Of a stretch of DNA of 64,000 nucleotides, positions 48,194 through 58,308 are shown one piece after another (the stretch's first letter is position 1; the number at the start of each line of letters is the position of its first letter). The notes under the pieces were generated by a model. That model was not told the DNA's origin. It searched no databases and saw only the letters and a program-made list of their open reading frames with translations. The position numbers and the translations under genes were made by a program. The stretch is from Minisyncoccia bacterium (lineage in GTDB: Bacteria > Patescibacteriota > Minisyncoccia > Moranbacterales > GCA-2747515): the NCBI GenBank assembly GCA_041738235.1, contig JBGSQF010000013.1, positions 193,899 through 257,898 on the forward strand, given 5' to 3'.

Positions 48194-48664
48194 TTATGCC
48201 GCCATCTTGTGACCCTCCTCACTCTCTTCTCTGTGAGACTCTTCCTTGAGGTATGATTCAACTCTCGCCCAAGAAGGCTTGCCCCCCACTACCTCACTAA
48301 GGGCATCCCACGTATCCCACGATACATCACTCCTTCCGATCAACTGCTGAATAGCTTCCTTCCGCTCGTTCAAAAGCCTGGTAACATTCTCATCACGCTC
48401 GATCTCAGCTCTTATACTTTGGTAAGATTCTGGCAAGATATTTATACCATTTTTTTTCAAATACCCGGTAAGATCAGTACTACTGCAAAATCCTTCAAAC
48501 TGGACATCCCCCACATTCTTGCACAAAGGGCACTTCCCCGACTTATAGGCATCGTAAAGCTCTCTAGGCACACCAGATTCATATCCCTTGCTCCGCACAG
48601 AGGCTGTTTCCGACCGTTCTCTTGAGACATCAACGGGAAACTCTCTTATTGTCGCGCTCGTCAT
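48194..48664 (-). CDS. Hypothetical protein
   Basis: Starts MTSATIRE just after mutY; CPLC motif. Confidence 0.65.
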   Translation of the reverse strand: MTSATIREFPVDVSRERSETASVRSKGYESGVPRELYDAYKSGKCPLCKNVGDVQFEGFCSSTDLTGYLKKNGINILPESYQSIRAEIERDENVTRLLNERKEAIQQLIGRSDVSWDTWDALSEVVGGKPSWARVESYLKEESHREESEEGHKMAA

Positions 48665-48668
48665 ATAG

Positions 48669-49649
48669 CTAAGTATTAGTTTGTAATAAAAGTTTCCGAA
48701 CGTCTGCTTTGGTATATGTAAGGAAATCGTGCTTTCCGAGTAATATTTGAGCATTTACGAACAATACCGGAGCGCCCTCTATGTATACCTTTTTATGTGC
48801 CGGTCGAACAGATACCTTTAATCCGTATTTCTCCTCGAAATACCATTTTATACCTTCTCTCGTACTGCGTGTTTTTGATACTTGGAAGGGTCTGTAAGCA
48901 CTCTTTCCTATAGAATAGTACAATTTATGGTCTTTGTGAAGAAAAACCCATGCAGAGGCTTCCTGGGAAGAAAATTTTTCCTTTGGCCTTTTTCTTGTGA
49001 TCTCCTCCCGTCCGCCCTGTTTAAAGTATCTACAGCTCCCTCTTAGTGGACAAATCTCACACTTTGGCCTTTTTGTACAAATCAAAGAACCAAAATCCAT
49101 AATAGCGCCATTGAAATCTCTTTTATCAGCAGTGATCCTTCCTTCAAAGTCCCCCGGATCCATCTCGGCTTCTTTTGTCCCTAGAAAAAACCGCCCAAAA
49201 ACACGCTGAAAGTTCGTATCCCAGGCCAAATGATCCACATTACTCCCAAAGCTCAGTATCGCTCGAGCGGTATACTTCCCAACGCCAGGAAGACTTTCAA
49301 GTCCCTTAATATCCTGGGGAAACTTCCCTTCATGCTGCTCAACGATCGCTTGTGCCGCTCTCAGCATGTTGCGCCCTCGATTATAATAGCCCAACCCTTG
49401 ATAATATGGTAAGAATTCGTCCCACGACGCTTTGGCAAGTTTTCTCACCGTTGGAAATCGCTTCAGAAACTGAGCATAAAAACCGATCACACGATCCACC
49501 TGCGTTTGCTGGAGCATGACTTCGCTCACCCATACCTCGTATAGCGTGATCTTCTTTTTTCTCCATGGTAAGTGCTTGCGCCCTTTTTCTCGATAAAACG
49601 AGATAACCTGCTTGCCAAAAAATTCAACCCCTTTTTTCGTTATTGCCAT
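48669..49649 (-). CDS. mutY: A/G-specific adenine glycosylase
   Basis: WVSEVMLQQT, GLGYYNR, LPGVGKYTA, CTKRPKCEICPL..SC. Confidence 0.93.
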   Translation of the reverse strand: MAITKKGVEFFGKQVISFYREKGRKHLPWRKKKITLYEVWVSEVMLQQTQVDRVIGFYAQFLKRFPTVRKLAKASWDEFLPYYQGLGYYNRGRNMLRAAQAIVEQHEGKFPQDIKGLESLPGVGKYTARAILSFGSNVDHLAWDTNFQRVFGRFFLGTKEAEMDPGDFEGRITADKRDFNGAIMDFGSLICTKRPKCEICPLRGSCRYFKQGGREEITRKRPKEKFSSQEASAWVFLHKDHKLYYSIGKSAYRPFQVSKTRSTREGIKWYFEEKYGLKVSVRPAHKKVYIEGAPVLFVNAQILLGKHDFLTYTKADVRKLLLQTNT

Positions 49650-49959
49650 ATTGCCTTTTTGTGATCTTTGCCATCTTACCTGTCAGCGCTTCAGAAATAT
49701 CAATTCCCACCGTTTGTGCAATAAGCGCACACACGATTACCACATCAGCTAATTCGTCACCTAATTCACTTTGCTCTTCTAGCTTCTCTTTTCGTTGATC
49801 ATTCAGATAGGCTAAAACGGCATCTGACACCTCCCCCGTTTCCTCCGCCAGCTTCACCGTCCGCGCCAAAAGACGTTTCTCCACATCAGAGTTTCCGTAC
49901 ACGTGAGAAATGTATTCGTCCTGATCTTTGATAAATTGTAGAAATTCTTTAGTGAGCAT
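49624..49959 (-). CDS. MazG-like NTP pyrophosphohydrolase
   Basis: KLAEETGEV, DELADV. Confidence 0.9.
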   Translation of the reverse strand: MLTKEFLQFIKDQDEYISHVYGNSDVEKRLLARTVKLAEETGEVSDAVLAYLNDQRKEKLEEQSELGDELADVVIVCALIAQTVGIDISEALTGKMAKITKRQYGNNEKRG

Positions 49960-50047
49960 ATTCCCCGTTAATAATCCTAACTTTGTAAACGTTCTTCATT
50001 CTTAATTTCATCTCTCCCCGACTTTCTTACTTCCCCCTCTCTACTTT

Positions 50048-51472
50048 TTACTTTCCGCTTGTTGCTTTCAACTTCTCATTAACCCTCCACACATCCCCTG
50101 CCCCAATAGTGAGCACGATATCATTATTGCGCATTTCTTTCTGTAGGATATCAACGGCTCCGTTGATATCTCCAGCGAACTCTGCTCGACCATGGTCATA
50201 ATAATTGATCCGATCGACCAATTCTTGACTAGAAACATCCCCAGCCTGTTCACGAGCACTCGCATATATGTTCAGAAGATATACCTTGTCTGCCACAGAC
50301 AAACATTGGGAAAATTCCTCAAAAAGTGCCTTGGTACGAGAAAAGGTATGCGGTTGAAATACCGCAAGGATGCGCTTGTGCGGATACCTTGCTCTTACCC
50401 CGTTCAAAAGCGCTCGAATCTCCGATGGATGATGCGCATAGTCATCAAAGAGCAGTACCCCTCCACGTTCACCGACAGATTCAAACCGCCTTGACGTGCC
50501 TTGAAAGGTTTTGATCCCCTCTGCAACGATCACCATATCTATCTTGAGCAGATGGCACATAGCCACTACCCCTGTCGCATTTTGTATGTTGTGTTTTCCA
50601 GTAAGTGTTGTTTCAAAAACTCCCAAGTTCTTTCCTCCACATTGAACGGAAAAACTTTGCATAGTCACTGTTTCTTTTTTCTTGTCACTGGTTTCCTGCT
50701 GTCTATGTACTACTGGTCTCTGCTCAATGTGATATTCGGCATCATTTGCAAATCCGTATGTCACAAATCGCTTTCCACTTTTTTTCGCTGCCATTACCGC
50801 CTCCGCATCATCCCCACAAACAACCAAGAACCCGTGAGCAGGAAGCTTCTCGAAAAATGATCGGAATGTCTCACGATATATCTCTGCCGTAGAAAAAAAG
50901 TCCGGATGATCCCAGTCAATATTTGTAAGTATCACAGACCAAGGATTATACTCCTTAAATTTATTTTGATATTCATCTGCTTCAAAAATAAAATATATTC
51001 CCTTTCCATCCAACCCGCCGCCACCCCAATTCAAGACTCGACTCCCCACCACGGCACTAGGATCCGATCCAGCTATCTGAAGCGTATGGGCAAGCAAGGC
51101 TGTTGTAGTGGTTTTTCCGTGCGATCCACACACCGCGATCGAAAACTTCTCACGCGTAAGCATACCCAAAAATTCTGGATAGCTCATGACAGGAATGTTC
51201 TTATCTTTTGCTGCAAGAAGTTCCACATGTGACTCAGGATGATAGGCCGTAGAATATACCACCACATCTTCAGAGCCTAGAATGTGATCTGCTAAAAAAT
51301 CTTCGTGGTACGGGATCCCCGACCTTTTGAGAGACTCGTCCGTGAAGAACTTCTCTTTTGTGTCCGACCCAGACACATACACACCATGCGCCACCAAGAT
51401 CTGTGCCACCGAACTCATTCCAGAACCCTTGATACCCACGAAGTAGGCATTCTTAATATCGGATAGTTTCAT
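50048..51472 (-). CDS. murC: UDP-N-acetylmuramate--L-alanine ligase
   Basis: GIKGSGMS, GSHGKTTT, EADE, DDYAHHP, FQPHTFSRT. Confidence 0.97.
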   Translation of the reverse strand: MKLSDIKNAYFVGIKGSGMSSVAQILVAHGVYVSGSDTKEKFFTDESLKRSGIPYHEDFLADHILGSEDVVVYSTAYHPESHVELLAAKDKNIPVMSYPEFLGMLTREKFSIAVCGSHGKTTTTALLAHTLQIAGSDPSAVVGSRVLNWGGGGLDGKGIYFIFEADEYQNKFKEYNPWSVILTNIDWDHPDFFSTAEIYRETFRSFFEKLPAHGFLVVCGDDAEAVMAAKKSGKRFVTYGFANDAEYHIEQRPVVHRQQETSDKKKETVTMQSFSVQCGGKNLGVFETTLTGKHNIQNATGVVAMCHLLKIDMVIVAEGIKTFQGTSRRFESVGERGGVLLFDDYAHHPSEIRALLNGVRARYPHKRILAVFQPHTFSRTKALFEEFSQCLSVADKVYLLNIYASAREQAGDVSSQELVDRINYYDHGRAEFAGDINGAVDILQKEMRNNDIVLTIGAGDVWRVNEKLKATSGK

Positions 51473-51513
51473 AGTATTCTTTTGTCTTCAACTCCTCGAA
51501 CCCAATACATTTT

Positions 51514-52632
51514 CTATTTCTTTCTGGCAGCGAGCAAAAGCACCTCATCAGCGATCATTTGAGCGGCCTGTGGATTATAAAAACGTCCCACACGTTCACG
51601 AATGCGCTCTCGTACGCCCTCATCATTGAGGATGTGCTTGATCTTTTCCAAAAAGATATGCTCGGAAAGATTGGGTTCTTCAAGAACCATTGCCGCACCT
51701 TCTTCAGCAGCAGCATACGCGTTCATCCGCTGATGATCATTGGCTGATGTTTCCAATGGTATGAGTATCGACACCTTCCTATTGGCCGCAAGTTCCGATA
51801 TGGTCGTTCCTCCAGCTCGACTGATCACAAGGTCCGCTACTGCCAAAGCAAGCCGCATTTCACCTTCATCGAGAAATGGAAATATTCTATATCGTCCAGA
51901 TCCTGCTTTTACACCCGCCCTACTTGCTGATAGATTTTTGGCTTCCTCAAAATTCCCCCTTCCCGTCTGATGAATCACCTGTGCAAATTCCAACACATCA
52001 TCTAATACAAGAGAAAACTTTTCATTGATCGCGCGTGATCCTTGACTTCCACCCAGAACCAATATCGTTGGAAGTGACTCGGTCAAATGAAAATAGTCCC
52101 TTGCCTCCTGTGGATCTCCATTTATGAGCGTCTCTCGTACCGGGATCCCCGTAGGAATTATCTTACTTTGTATGAAGTATTGTGCAGCATGTCGATAAGA
52201 AATAGCAACCTTATTACAAAACCTCCCGATCACTCTGTTGGCCGATCCCGGCATGGCATCGGTTTCATGAGTAAGGATTGGGATCCTATAGACCCAAGCA
52301 GCCAGAACCACTGGAAAGGCGACATACCCTCCTTTAGAAAAAATAGCATTCGGAAGTTCTTTAAAAAGTATTCCGAGACATTGAAACGCCCCCCATACTA
52401 CTCGGAATGGATCGAAAAAATTAGCCACTGAAAAATAGCGTCGGTATTTTCCAGTAGAAACCACATATGAACGATCTGCTTCTTTAACGATATCCTGTTC
52501 CATCTCGGATCCGGAACCGACATAGATGATCTCCAACGGATCAGCAGCACGTGCTCGAAGTGACCGCATAACCGCAAGTGCTGGATAAATATGTCCTCCT
52601 GTGCCCCCTCCAGTAACGACTATACGAAGCAT
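51514..52632 (-). CDS. murG: Lipid II GlcNAc transferase
   Basis: GGGTGGHIYP, GGSQG, SRAGG, HQRMNA. Confidence 0.97.
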   Translation of the reverse strand: MLRIVVTGGGTGGHIYPALAVMRSLRARAADPLEIIYVGSGSEMEQDIVKEADRSYVVSTGKYRRYFSVANFFDPFRVVWGAFQCLGILFKELPNAIFSKGGYVAFPVVLAAWVYRIPILTHETDAMPGSANRVIGRFCNKVAISYRHAAQYFIQSKIIPTGIPVRETLINGDPQEARDYFHLTESLPTILVLGGSQGSRAINEKFSLVLDDVLEFAQVIHQTGRGNFEEAKNLSASRAGVKAGSGRYRIFPFLDEGEMRLALAVADLVISRAGGTTISELAANRKVSILIPLETSANDHQRMNAYAAAEEGAAMVLEEPNLSEHIFLEKIKHILNDEGVRERIRERVGRFYNPQAAQMIADEVLLLAARKK

Positions 52633-52747
52633 ACTTACAAAAAGTTAAAAGCTTAAACTCACCAGTCTATAAAGTTAAGATACATCACTACTCCCTATTC
52701 ATTGTACTTTGTGAACTTGCTGACCTGAAAGATGTCTTAGATATTGC

Positions 52748-53884
52748 CTACTCATCCATTCTAGCGTGTCGGCTCACATTGAGCAATATCCCCATTCCAG
52801 CGAGAGAGAAAAGAATCGAAGATCCTCCATAACTAATAAGGGGGAGTGGAACCCCCGTAAGAGGAATAAGGCCAATGATCGCAGCTATATTTACAAAGGC
52901 CTGAAACACGATCCACGATGTAAGCCCAACGGCCAAAAACCTCCCAAAATCATCTGGTATCCGTGATGCCAAACGATACCCACGAAAAGCGAAGGCGAGA
53001 AACACCAACACAACCGCAAGGGCCCCGATCAGTCCCAACTCCTCCCCAATAATAGCAAATATCGAATCTCCCGCAGGCTCTGGAAGATAATTAAATTTTT
53101 GATGACTGTTTCCCAATCCTAAACCGAATATACCCCCCGATCCAACGGCGATGAGTGCTTGTTGGATCTGATATCCTTTTCCCTGCGGGTCCAAACCAGG
53201 CTGCAAAAATACCATTAAACGATTCCAGCGATACTCAGAACCACGGATCAAAAATAAAAGAAGAACCAACCCTATTCCACCCGCAGAAAAAATATGTTGA
53301 AGATTCCCCCCTCCAACAAAAAACATTGCACCCGCAACCATCACCATGATCATAAGCGTTCCCATATCAGGCTGTGCCAACAAAAGTATCCCGATAACGC
53401 CAACTACCGCAGCAAAAGGCAAAAATCCCTCTGAAAATCGAGTAATGTTTCTCGCACCCCGAGATGAAAGCCAAGCACTAAGATATAATATCATCCCTAA
53501 TTTTGCCAATTCTGAAGGCTGAAAGGAAACCGGACCAAGATTAAGCCAACGAGTCGCACCGTAAGCATTTGTTCCGATCCCAGGGATCAAAAGTACTGTA
53601 AGAAGTATAAGAGAAATAAAAAACAACGGTGTAGCAAAAGACTTTAATTTGTAATAATCAATACGCGAAAATACAAATAAAGCGACAATCCCCAAAACCA
53701 CCCCTACTATTTGACGTTTCAGAAAAAAGTAGGCATCTTCATACCGAATATCGGCATAGACGGTACCGGCACTTGCTATCATCACCACACCAAAAACGAC
53801 CAATAAGCCGATAAGCCCTAGCAGTATTGGATCCATCGGTGCAAGTTGTTTGGATTTTCTTTGTTTCATTTCTCGACTATTCAC
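52748..53884 (-). CDS. ftsW: SEDS peptidoglycan polymerase
   Basis: [31 protein letters not shown]; adjacent to murG. Confidence 0.95.
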   Translation of the reverse strand: MNSREMKQRKSKQLAPMDPILLGLIGLLVVFGVVMIASAGTVYADIRYEDAYFFLKRQIVGVVLGIVALFVFSRIDYYKLKSFATPLFFISLILLTVLLIPGIGTNAYGATRWLNLGPVSFQPSELAKLGMILYLSAWLSSRGARNITRFSEGFLPFAAVVGVIGILLLAQPDMGTLMIMVMVAGAMFFVGGGNLQHIFSAGGIGLVLLLFLIRGSEYRWNRLMVFLQPGLDPQGKGYQIQQALIAVGSGGIFGLGLGNSHQKFNYLPEPAGDSIFAIIGEELGLIGALAVVLVFLAFAFRGYRLASRIPDDFGRFLAVGLTSWIVFQAFVNIAAIIGLIPLTGVPLPLISYGGSSILFSLAGMGILLNVSRHARMDE

Positions 53885-54626
53885 TCAACTTCTTTTCATT
53901 TCTCCACCTCTCGATTTCTTTATGATTTCCACTGAGCAGCACTTCTGGAACTTTCCACCCATTGAACTCCTCTGGACGGGTATAGTGGGGATATTCTTTT
54001 TGTATCTCTCCTGTATGAGTAGAAAGATCCCCTTCAGATCGCTCGCTCCCAAAACTTTCTTCCTTGAGAGATTCCTCGTTTCCCAAAACTCCCGGCAATA
54101 ATCGCGAAACACTGTCCACCACCACCATAGCCGGGATCTCCCCACCGGTAAGCACATACTCCCCAATGGAAAATTCTTCATCAACAATATGATCCGCCAC
54201 TCGCTCATCAACTCCTTCATACCGTCCACAGATCATAATAAGGCGTCCGTATTTCGCCAGTCTCTCAGCATCCCTCTGCGTAAACAACTTCCCCTTGGCA
54301 GAAAATAGAATAGTTCTCACATTTGTTGTTCTCTTATCAGAAAGAACGGTATTCAAGCTTTCTGCTCTTCCTCCCTGCTGACTATCGTTCATCTTCTGTT
54401 GCTTGATCATACTTACGGCGCGATGGATCGGCTCCACTTTCATTACCATCCCCGCTCCGCCCCCATAAGGAATATCATCCGTTGTTTTGTGTTTATCTGT
54501 GGCAAAGTCACGAAGGTTATGCACGACAATATCGATCTTATGTGATTCTTGTGCGCGCTTCAAAATCGACTCGCCAAAATATGAGTCGAAAATGTGAGGA
54601 AAAATGGTGATAATGTCAAACCTCAT
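53877..54626 (-). CDS. trmD: tRNA (m1G37) methyltransferase
   Basis: [37 protein letters not shown]. Confidence 0.98.
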   Translation of the reverse strand: MRFDIITIFPHIFDSYFGESILKRAQESHKIDIVVHNLRDFATDKHKTTDDIPYGGGAGMVMKVEPIHRAVSMIKQQKMNDSQQGGRAESLNTVLSDKRTTNVRTILFSAKGKLFTQRDAERLAKYGRLIMICGRYEGVDERVADHIVDEEFSIGEYVLTGGEIPAMVVVDSVSRLLPGVLGNEESLKEESFGSERSEGDLSTHTGEIQKEYPHYTRPEEFNGWKVPEVLLSGNHKEIERWRNEKKLSE

Positions 54627-54766
54627 ACCATCGCAAAGAATACTTGAACATGGGGATGTCCGAATTGTCGCAACGTCCCCACCGTGCTACACTTTATGTG
54701 TGTCCCTATCCTATCAGATGCGATGAATTGGGGCAAATAAAAATACCCTAACTCGGGAGCAGACCA

Positions 54767-54931
54767 GTGAAAAGACGTAAAAAAAAGCAAGTCGTATGCG
54801 TGGTGCCGTCATCTTCATCCGCGTTAGCGGTTAAGTATCTGCAGAGCACGCTTGATAAGGGGCACTCCGTGGAGATCCCCAGTCTCGGCATCACTCTTCA
54901 CCCTCAACGACGCAAACCTCCCACAAACTGA
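54767..54931 (+). CDS. Putative 54-aa basic microprotein
   Basis: GTG start after GGGAG; promoter TTGTCG-N17-TACACT (54665-54693); hairpin at 54939-54962 just after the stop. Confidence 0.55.
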   Translation: MKRRKKKQVVCVVPSSSSALAVKYLQSTLDKGHSVEIPSLGITLHPQRRKPPTN

Positions 54932-55035
54932 AAACGGCGCAGGGAAGAAGCCTCTTCCCTGCTCACTTCACAAGAGCTTTACTAGTTTGATTTTCAAAAC
55001 AAAGAGAGATCCTAAACAACACACATGTTCCCATT

Positions 55036-55491
55036 ATGAGAATCGTTATTTGCGGAAGCATCGACTTTACCCCAAAGATCAAAGAAGTTGCAGATATCTT
55101 GATTCGACAAGGACATACGGTCGACATACCTCTGACCAGTCAACGCATCATCAATGGTGAGCTTACTCTTCAAAAATTTTTAGAAGAAAAAGGTAAAAAC
55201 ACTACTTCAACTTCAAAAAATGTGATCCGCAAGATCAATGATGACGTCATCAAAAGATACTACTTAAAGATACAGGCATCCGATGCCATTCTCGTTCTTA
55301 ACGTAGAAAAAAAAGGGATAGCCCATTATATCGGTGGGAACGTCTTTCTTGAGATGGGATTTGCTCATGTGCTCAACAAAACAATCTATCTTTATAACAA
55401 GATCCCCCAAATGGCCTATACTGAAGAGATAGTAGCTATGCAACCCATAATCCTTGATGGCAACCTAAATCAAATTACAAAGGCTATATGA
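55036..55491 (+). CDS. Nucleoside 2-deoxyribosyltransferase-like (flavodoxin-fold) protein
   Basis: IVICGS, SDAILVLN, GGNVFLEMGFA, KTIYL. Confidence 0.75.
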   Translation: MRIVICGSIDFTPKIKEVADILIRQGHTVDIPLTSQRIINGELTLQKFLEEKGKNTTSTSKNVIRKINDDVIKRYYLKIQASDAILVLNVEKKGIAHYIGGNVFLEMGFAHVLNKTIYLYNKIPQMAYTEEIVAMQPIILDGNLNQITKAI

Positions 55492-57002
55492 AAACGCTAC
55501 TTGTTCTTCCTGTTCTGACCATGATCTCGATCGCGATCTATTCTTGTATCAGACTCTTCTTCTTTTTTACCGCAGATTACGGTTTTTGGGATAAGCTCTT
55601 TGCCATATTTCTCATACTTGGAGAGGCGTACATGATCATTCATGCTCTCGGTTTTATGATCAATGTCTTCAAGATAGATAGGCAAAAAGCAGCACCCCCG
55701 GCAAAAATCCCGGAAGGGTCACACCCAAGCGTCGCTGTCGTAGTAGCCGCAAAACATGAACCAAAAGAGGTTTTGGAGAGAACCTTTACAACACTGGCAT
55801 CAATGGACTATCCCGATTTTAACCTCTATCTATTGGACGGATCTACTGACGAAAAATACATTCAACAGGACAAGGACATTTCTCGAAGATACCACGTAAC
55901 GTATTTACATCCCAGCCAATTTCACGGAGCAAAGGCGGGTATAATAAATTTCTTCCTACAATATTCAGAAGAAAAATACATGGCAGTGTTCGATGCTGAC
56001 CAAAATCCCATGCCAGATTTTCTCAAAAAAGTAGTGGCTGTCGCTGAACAAGATGAAAATATAGCTTTCGTACAAACTCCACAATTTTACTCCAACTTGG
56101 CAGTAAGTCCTATCGCAAAGGGATCTGCTTTACAGCAAGCAGTTTTTTATGAAAGTATTTGCGAAGGAAAGAATACTAGTAATGCCATGTTTTGTTGCGG
56201 AACCAACGTGCTCTTCAGGATAAGCGCCCTGGAAAAAGTGGGTGGCTTTGTTGAGACTTCCATCACAGAAGATTTTGCCACATCAGTCAAACTCCACACC
56301 GAAGGTTTTAGGTCGGTCTATTACAATCACGCTAACGTTTTTGGTTTGGCTCCAGAAAGCCTATCAGCTTACTTTAAACAACAGTACCGATGGTCTGCAG
56401 GAACCGTAGGCGTTTTAAAAGAATTACTTTCTCGTTTTTCGAAGGACCCTGGTTCCCTTACTCTTGGTCAATGGTGGGAATACTTCTTATCATCCACCTA
56501 TTATTTTGTCGGTTGGGCATTCTTCCTACTTGTCATATGCCCACCGGTCTATCTCATATTTGATCTTCCCTCTTACTTCATCAGTCCTAAAGTATACATA
56601 TTGACATTTATGCCCTATTTCGTACTCACGCTATTCGTCTTTTATGGTATAATGAAGAAAAGAAAATATCATATCAGTGAGGTTTACAATGGGATCATTC
56701 TTGCCTCTGTGAGTTATCCGATCCTAATGCAAGCGGTCACCATGTCCTTATTGGGGAAAAAGATCACCTTCAATGTTACTCCGAAAGGCAAAACTCGAAA
56801 GATCCCTTTCCTCAAACTCTGGCCATGGACAGTTATGCTGATCATCAATGTCATAGCTGTATGCGTCGGTATATTCAAATTCCATAACAACCCTTACGCA
56901 ATAGGAGTTAACATGTTATGGTGCGTCTATCACATATTCATACTTTCCCATGTCTATTATTTAAACCACCTAAACACAAACAATAAACGCTACTCCATAT
57001 GA
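55488..57002 (+). CDS. Cellulose-synthase-like processive GT2 (BcsA core without PilZ)
   Basis: LLDG, HGAKAG, FDADQ, VQTPQ, FCCGTN, TED, QQYRW, FNVTPK; N- and C-terminal TM helices. Confidence 0.92.
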   Translation: MKTLLVLPVLTMISIAIYSCIRLFFFFTADYGFWDKLFAIFLILGEAYMIIHALGFMINVFKIDRQKAAPPAKIPEGSHPSVAVVVAAKHEPKEVLERTFTTLASMDYPDFNLYLLDGSTDEKYIQQDKDISRRYHVTYLHPSQFHGAKAGIINFFLQYSEEKYMAVFDADQNPMPDFLKKVVAVAEQDENIAFVQTPQFYSNLAVSPIAKGSALQQAVFYESICEGKNTSNAMFCCGTNVLFRISALEKVGGFVETSITEDFATSVKLHTEGFRSVYYNHANVFGLAPESLSAYFKQQYRWSAGTVGVLKELLSRFSKDPGSLTLGQWWEYFLSSTYYFVGWAFFLLVICPPVYLIFDLPSYFISPKVYILTFMPYFVLTLFVFYGIMKKRKYHISEVYNGIILASVSYPILMQAVTMSLLGKKITFNVTPKGKTRKIPFLKLWPWTVMLIINVIAVCVGIFKFHNNPYAIGVNMLWCVYHIFILSHVYYLNHLNTNNKRYSI

Positions 57003-57211
57003 CAAAAGAAGAAATACTCAGTAAATTAGACAAAGCGGTCATGCAAGAAGAGGAAGCGGTGCCTATTTATGCTGAGCACATATCAACCACAGCAATGTGG
57101 GCAGGCCTCTCAAATGCCGATATAGAGAAGATCAAAGATTACCTAAGAGTGCTACACGAAGAAAGTATTGGTCATGCAAAGGCCTTTGAAAAAATAAAGG
57201 AACTAATTTAA
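56999..57211 (+). CDS. Half-ferritin/rubrerythrin-like two-helix protein
   Basis: QEEEAVPIY...LHEESIGH; ATGA overlap with the synthase. Confidence 0.75.
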   Translation: MTKEEILSKLDKAVMQEEEAVPIYAEHISTTAMWAGLSNADIEKIKDYLRVLHEESIGHAKAFEKIKELI

Positions 57212-57215
57212 CCAT

Positions 57216-57425
57216 ATGCTCACAAAAGAAGATTTTCTCGGTTTTTGTGATCAACTCATGACCATCGAGATAGAAATGGAGCATGAAGCAATGGACCTAT
57301 TTGACCATATAGAAAACGAAGAGGCACGAAAGATACTCACAAAGATCTCGGAGGATGAGCGCCGTCATGAAGAGATCGTAAGGGACATAAAGAAAATAAT
57401 CGAAGACCATTATGCAGAAAATTAG
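57216..57425 (+). CDS. Half-ferritin/rubrerythrin-like two-helix protein
   Basis: IEIEM...ISEDERRHEEIV (ExxH). Confidence 0.8.
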   Translation: MLTKEDFLGFCDQLMTIEIEMEHEAMDLFDHIENEEARKILTKISEDERRHEEIVRDIKKIIEDHYAEN

Positions 57426-58308
57426 GACAGCGGTCATCCCAGCTGGAGGACATGGTGTGAGATTCATGCCTGCATCAAAAAGCATTCCCAAAGAAATGTT
57501 CCCCATAGGAGAAAAGCCGGTTATCTACCATGTGGTTGATGAAGTAGTAAGGTCGGGCATTACTAACATTATATTCGTCGTTTCACACAATAAACAGTCC
57601 GTGGAACATTTTTTTTCTCCAAACATCGAACTGGAGGAATATCTCATGGGTCGAAAGAAGGAAGAAAAAGTAAGCGAGCTGAAAAAAATAGCTGAAATGG
57701 CTGAGTTTACCTTTGTCCATTCCAAACCCCCCTATGGAAATGGTTCCCCAATCAGTGCGGTCGAGCATCTCTTACAGGATGAACCTTTCGTGTTGGTTTG
57801 GGGAGACGAATTTGTTATAAATGGAGGAAGACCAAGAATACAACAATGCATAGAGGCTTATGAACAGATCGGAAAAACTGTTATTTCTGGATTTGAGATA
57901 AAAGATCCCAAACAAAGACAGCTGTACGGAATGGCAGAACTTAAGAACATAGATTCGCAAGACGAGACTATCCAGGAAATAATGAGGATAGTCGAAAAAC
58001 CTGATCTGGGACAAGAGCCTTCTCCTTATGCCACACATGGTGCCTATGTTCTCACACCAAAAATATTTGAAGCGCTTCACCACATCCAACCTGGAAAAAA
58101 TGGGGAATTATGGCTTACCGACATGCTCAACTATATTCAAGAGAAAGAAGGTTTGTTCACAAAGATCATCAAAGATGCAGATTATCTTGACTGTGGAAAC
58201 CCCCTCTTTTATCTACTGTCTCAGATAGATTATGCAATAAAAAGATCGGATTATAAAGATGACGTGTTTGAATATGTTAAAAAACTTGGTGCTTGCAAAA
58301 TCGATTAA
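57412..58308 (+). CDS. galU: UTP--glucose-1-phosphate uridylyltransferase
   Basis: AVIPAGGHGVRFMPASKSIPKEM, IVEKP, GELWLTD, DCGN. Confidence 0.9.
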   Translation: MQKIRTAVIPAGGHGVRFMPASKSIPKEMFPIGEKPVIYHVVDEVVRSGITNIIFVVSHNKQSVEHFFSPNIELEEYLMGRKKEEKVSELKKIAEMAEFTFVHSKPPYGNGSPISAVEHLLQDEPFVLVWGDEFVINGGRPRIQQCIEAYEQIGKTVISGFEIKDPKQRQLYGMAELKNIDSQDETIQEIMRIVEKPDLGQEPSPYATHGAYVLTPKIFEALHHIQPGKNGELWLTDMLNYIQEKEGLFTKIIKDADYLDCGNPLFYLLSQIDYAIKRSDYKDDVFEYVKKLGACKID

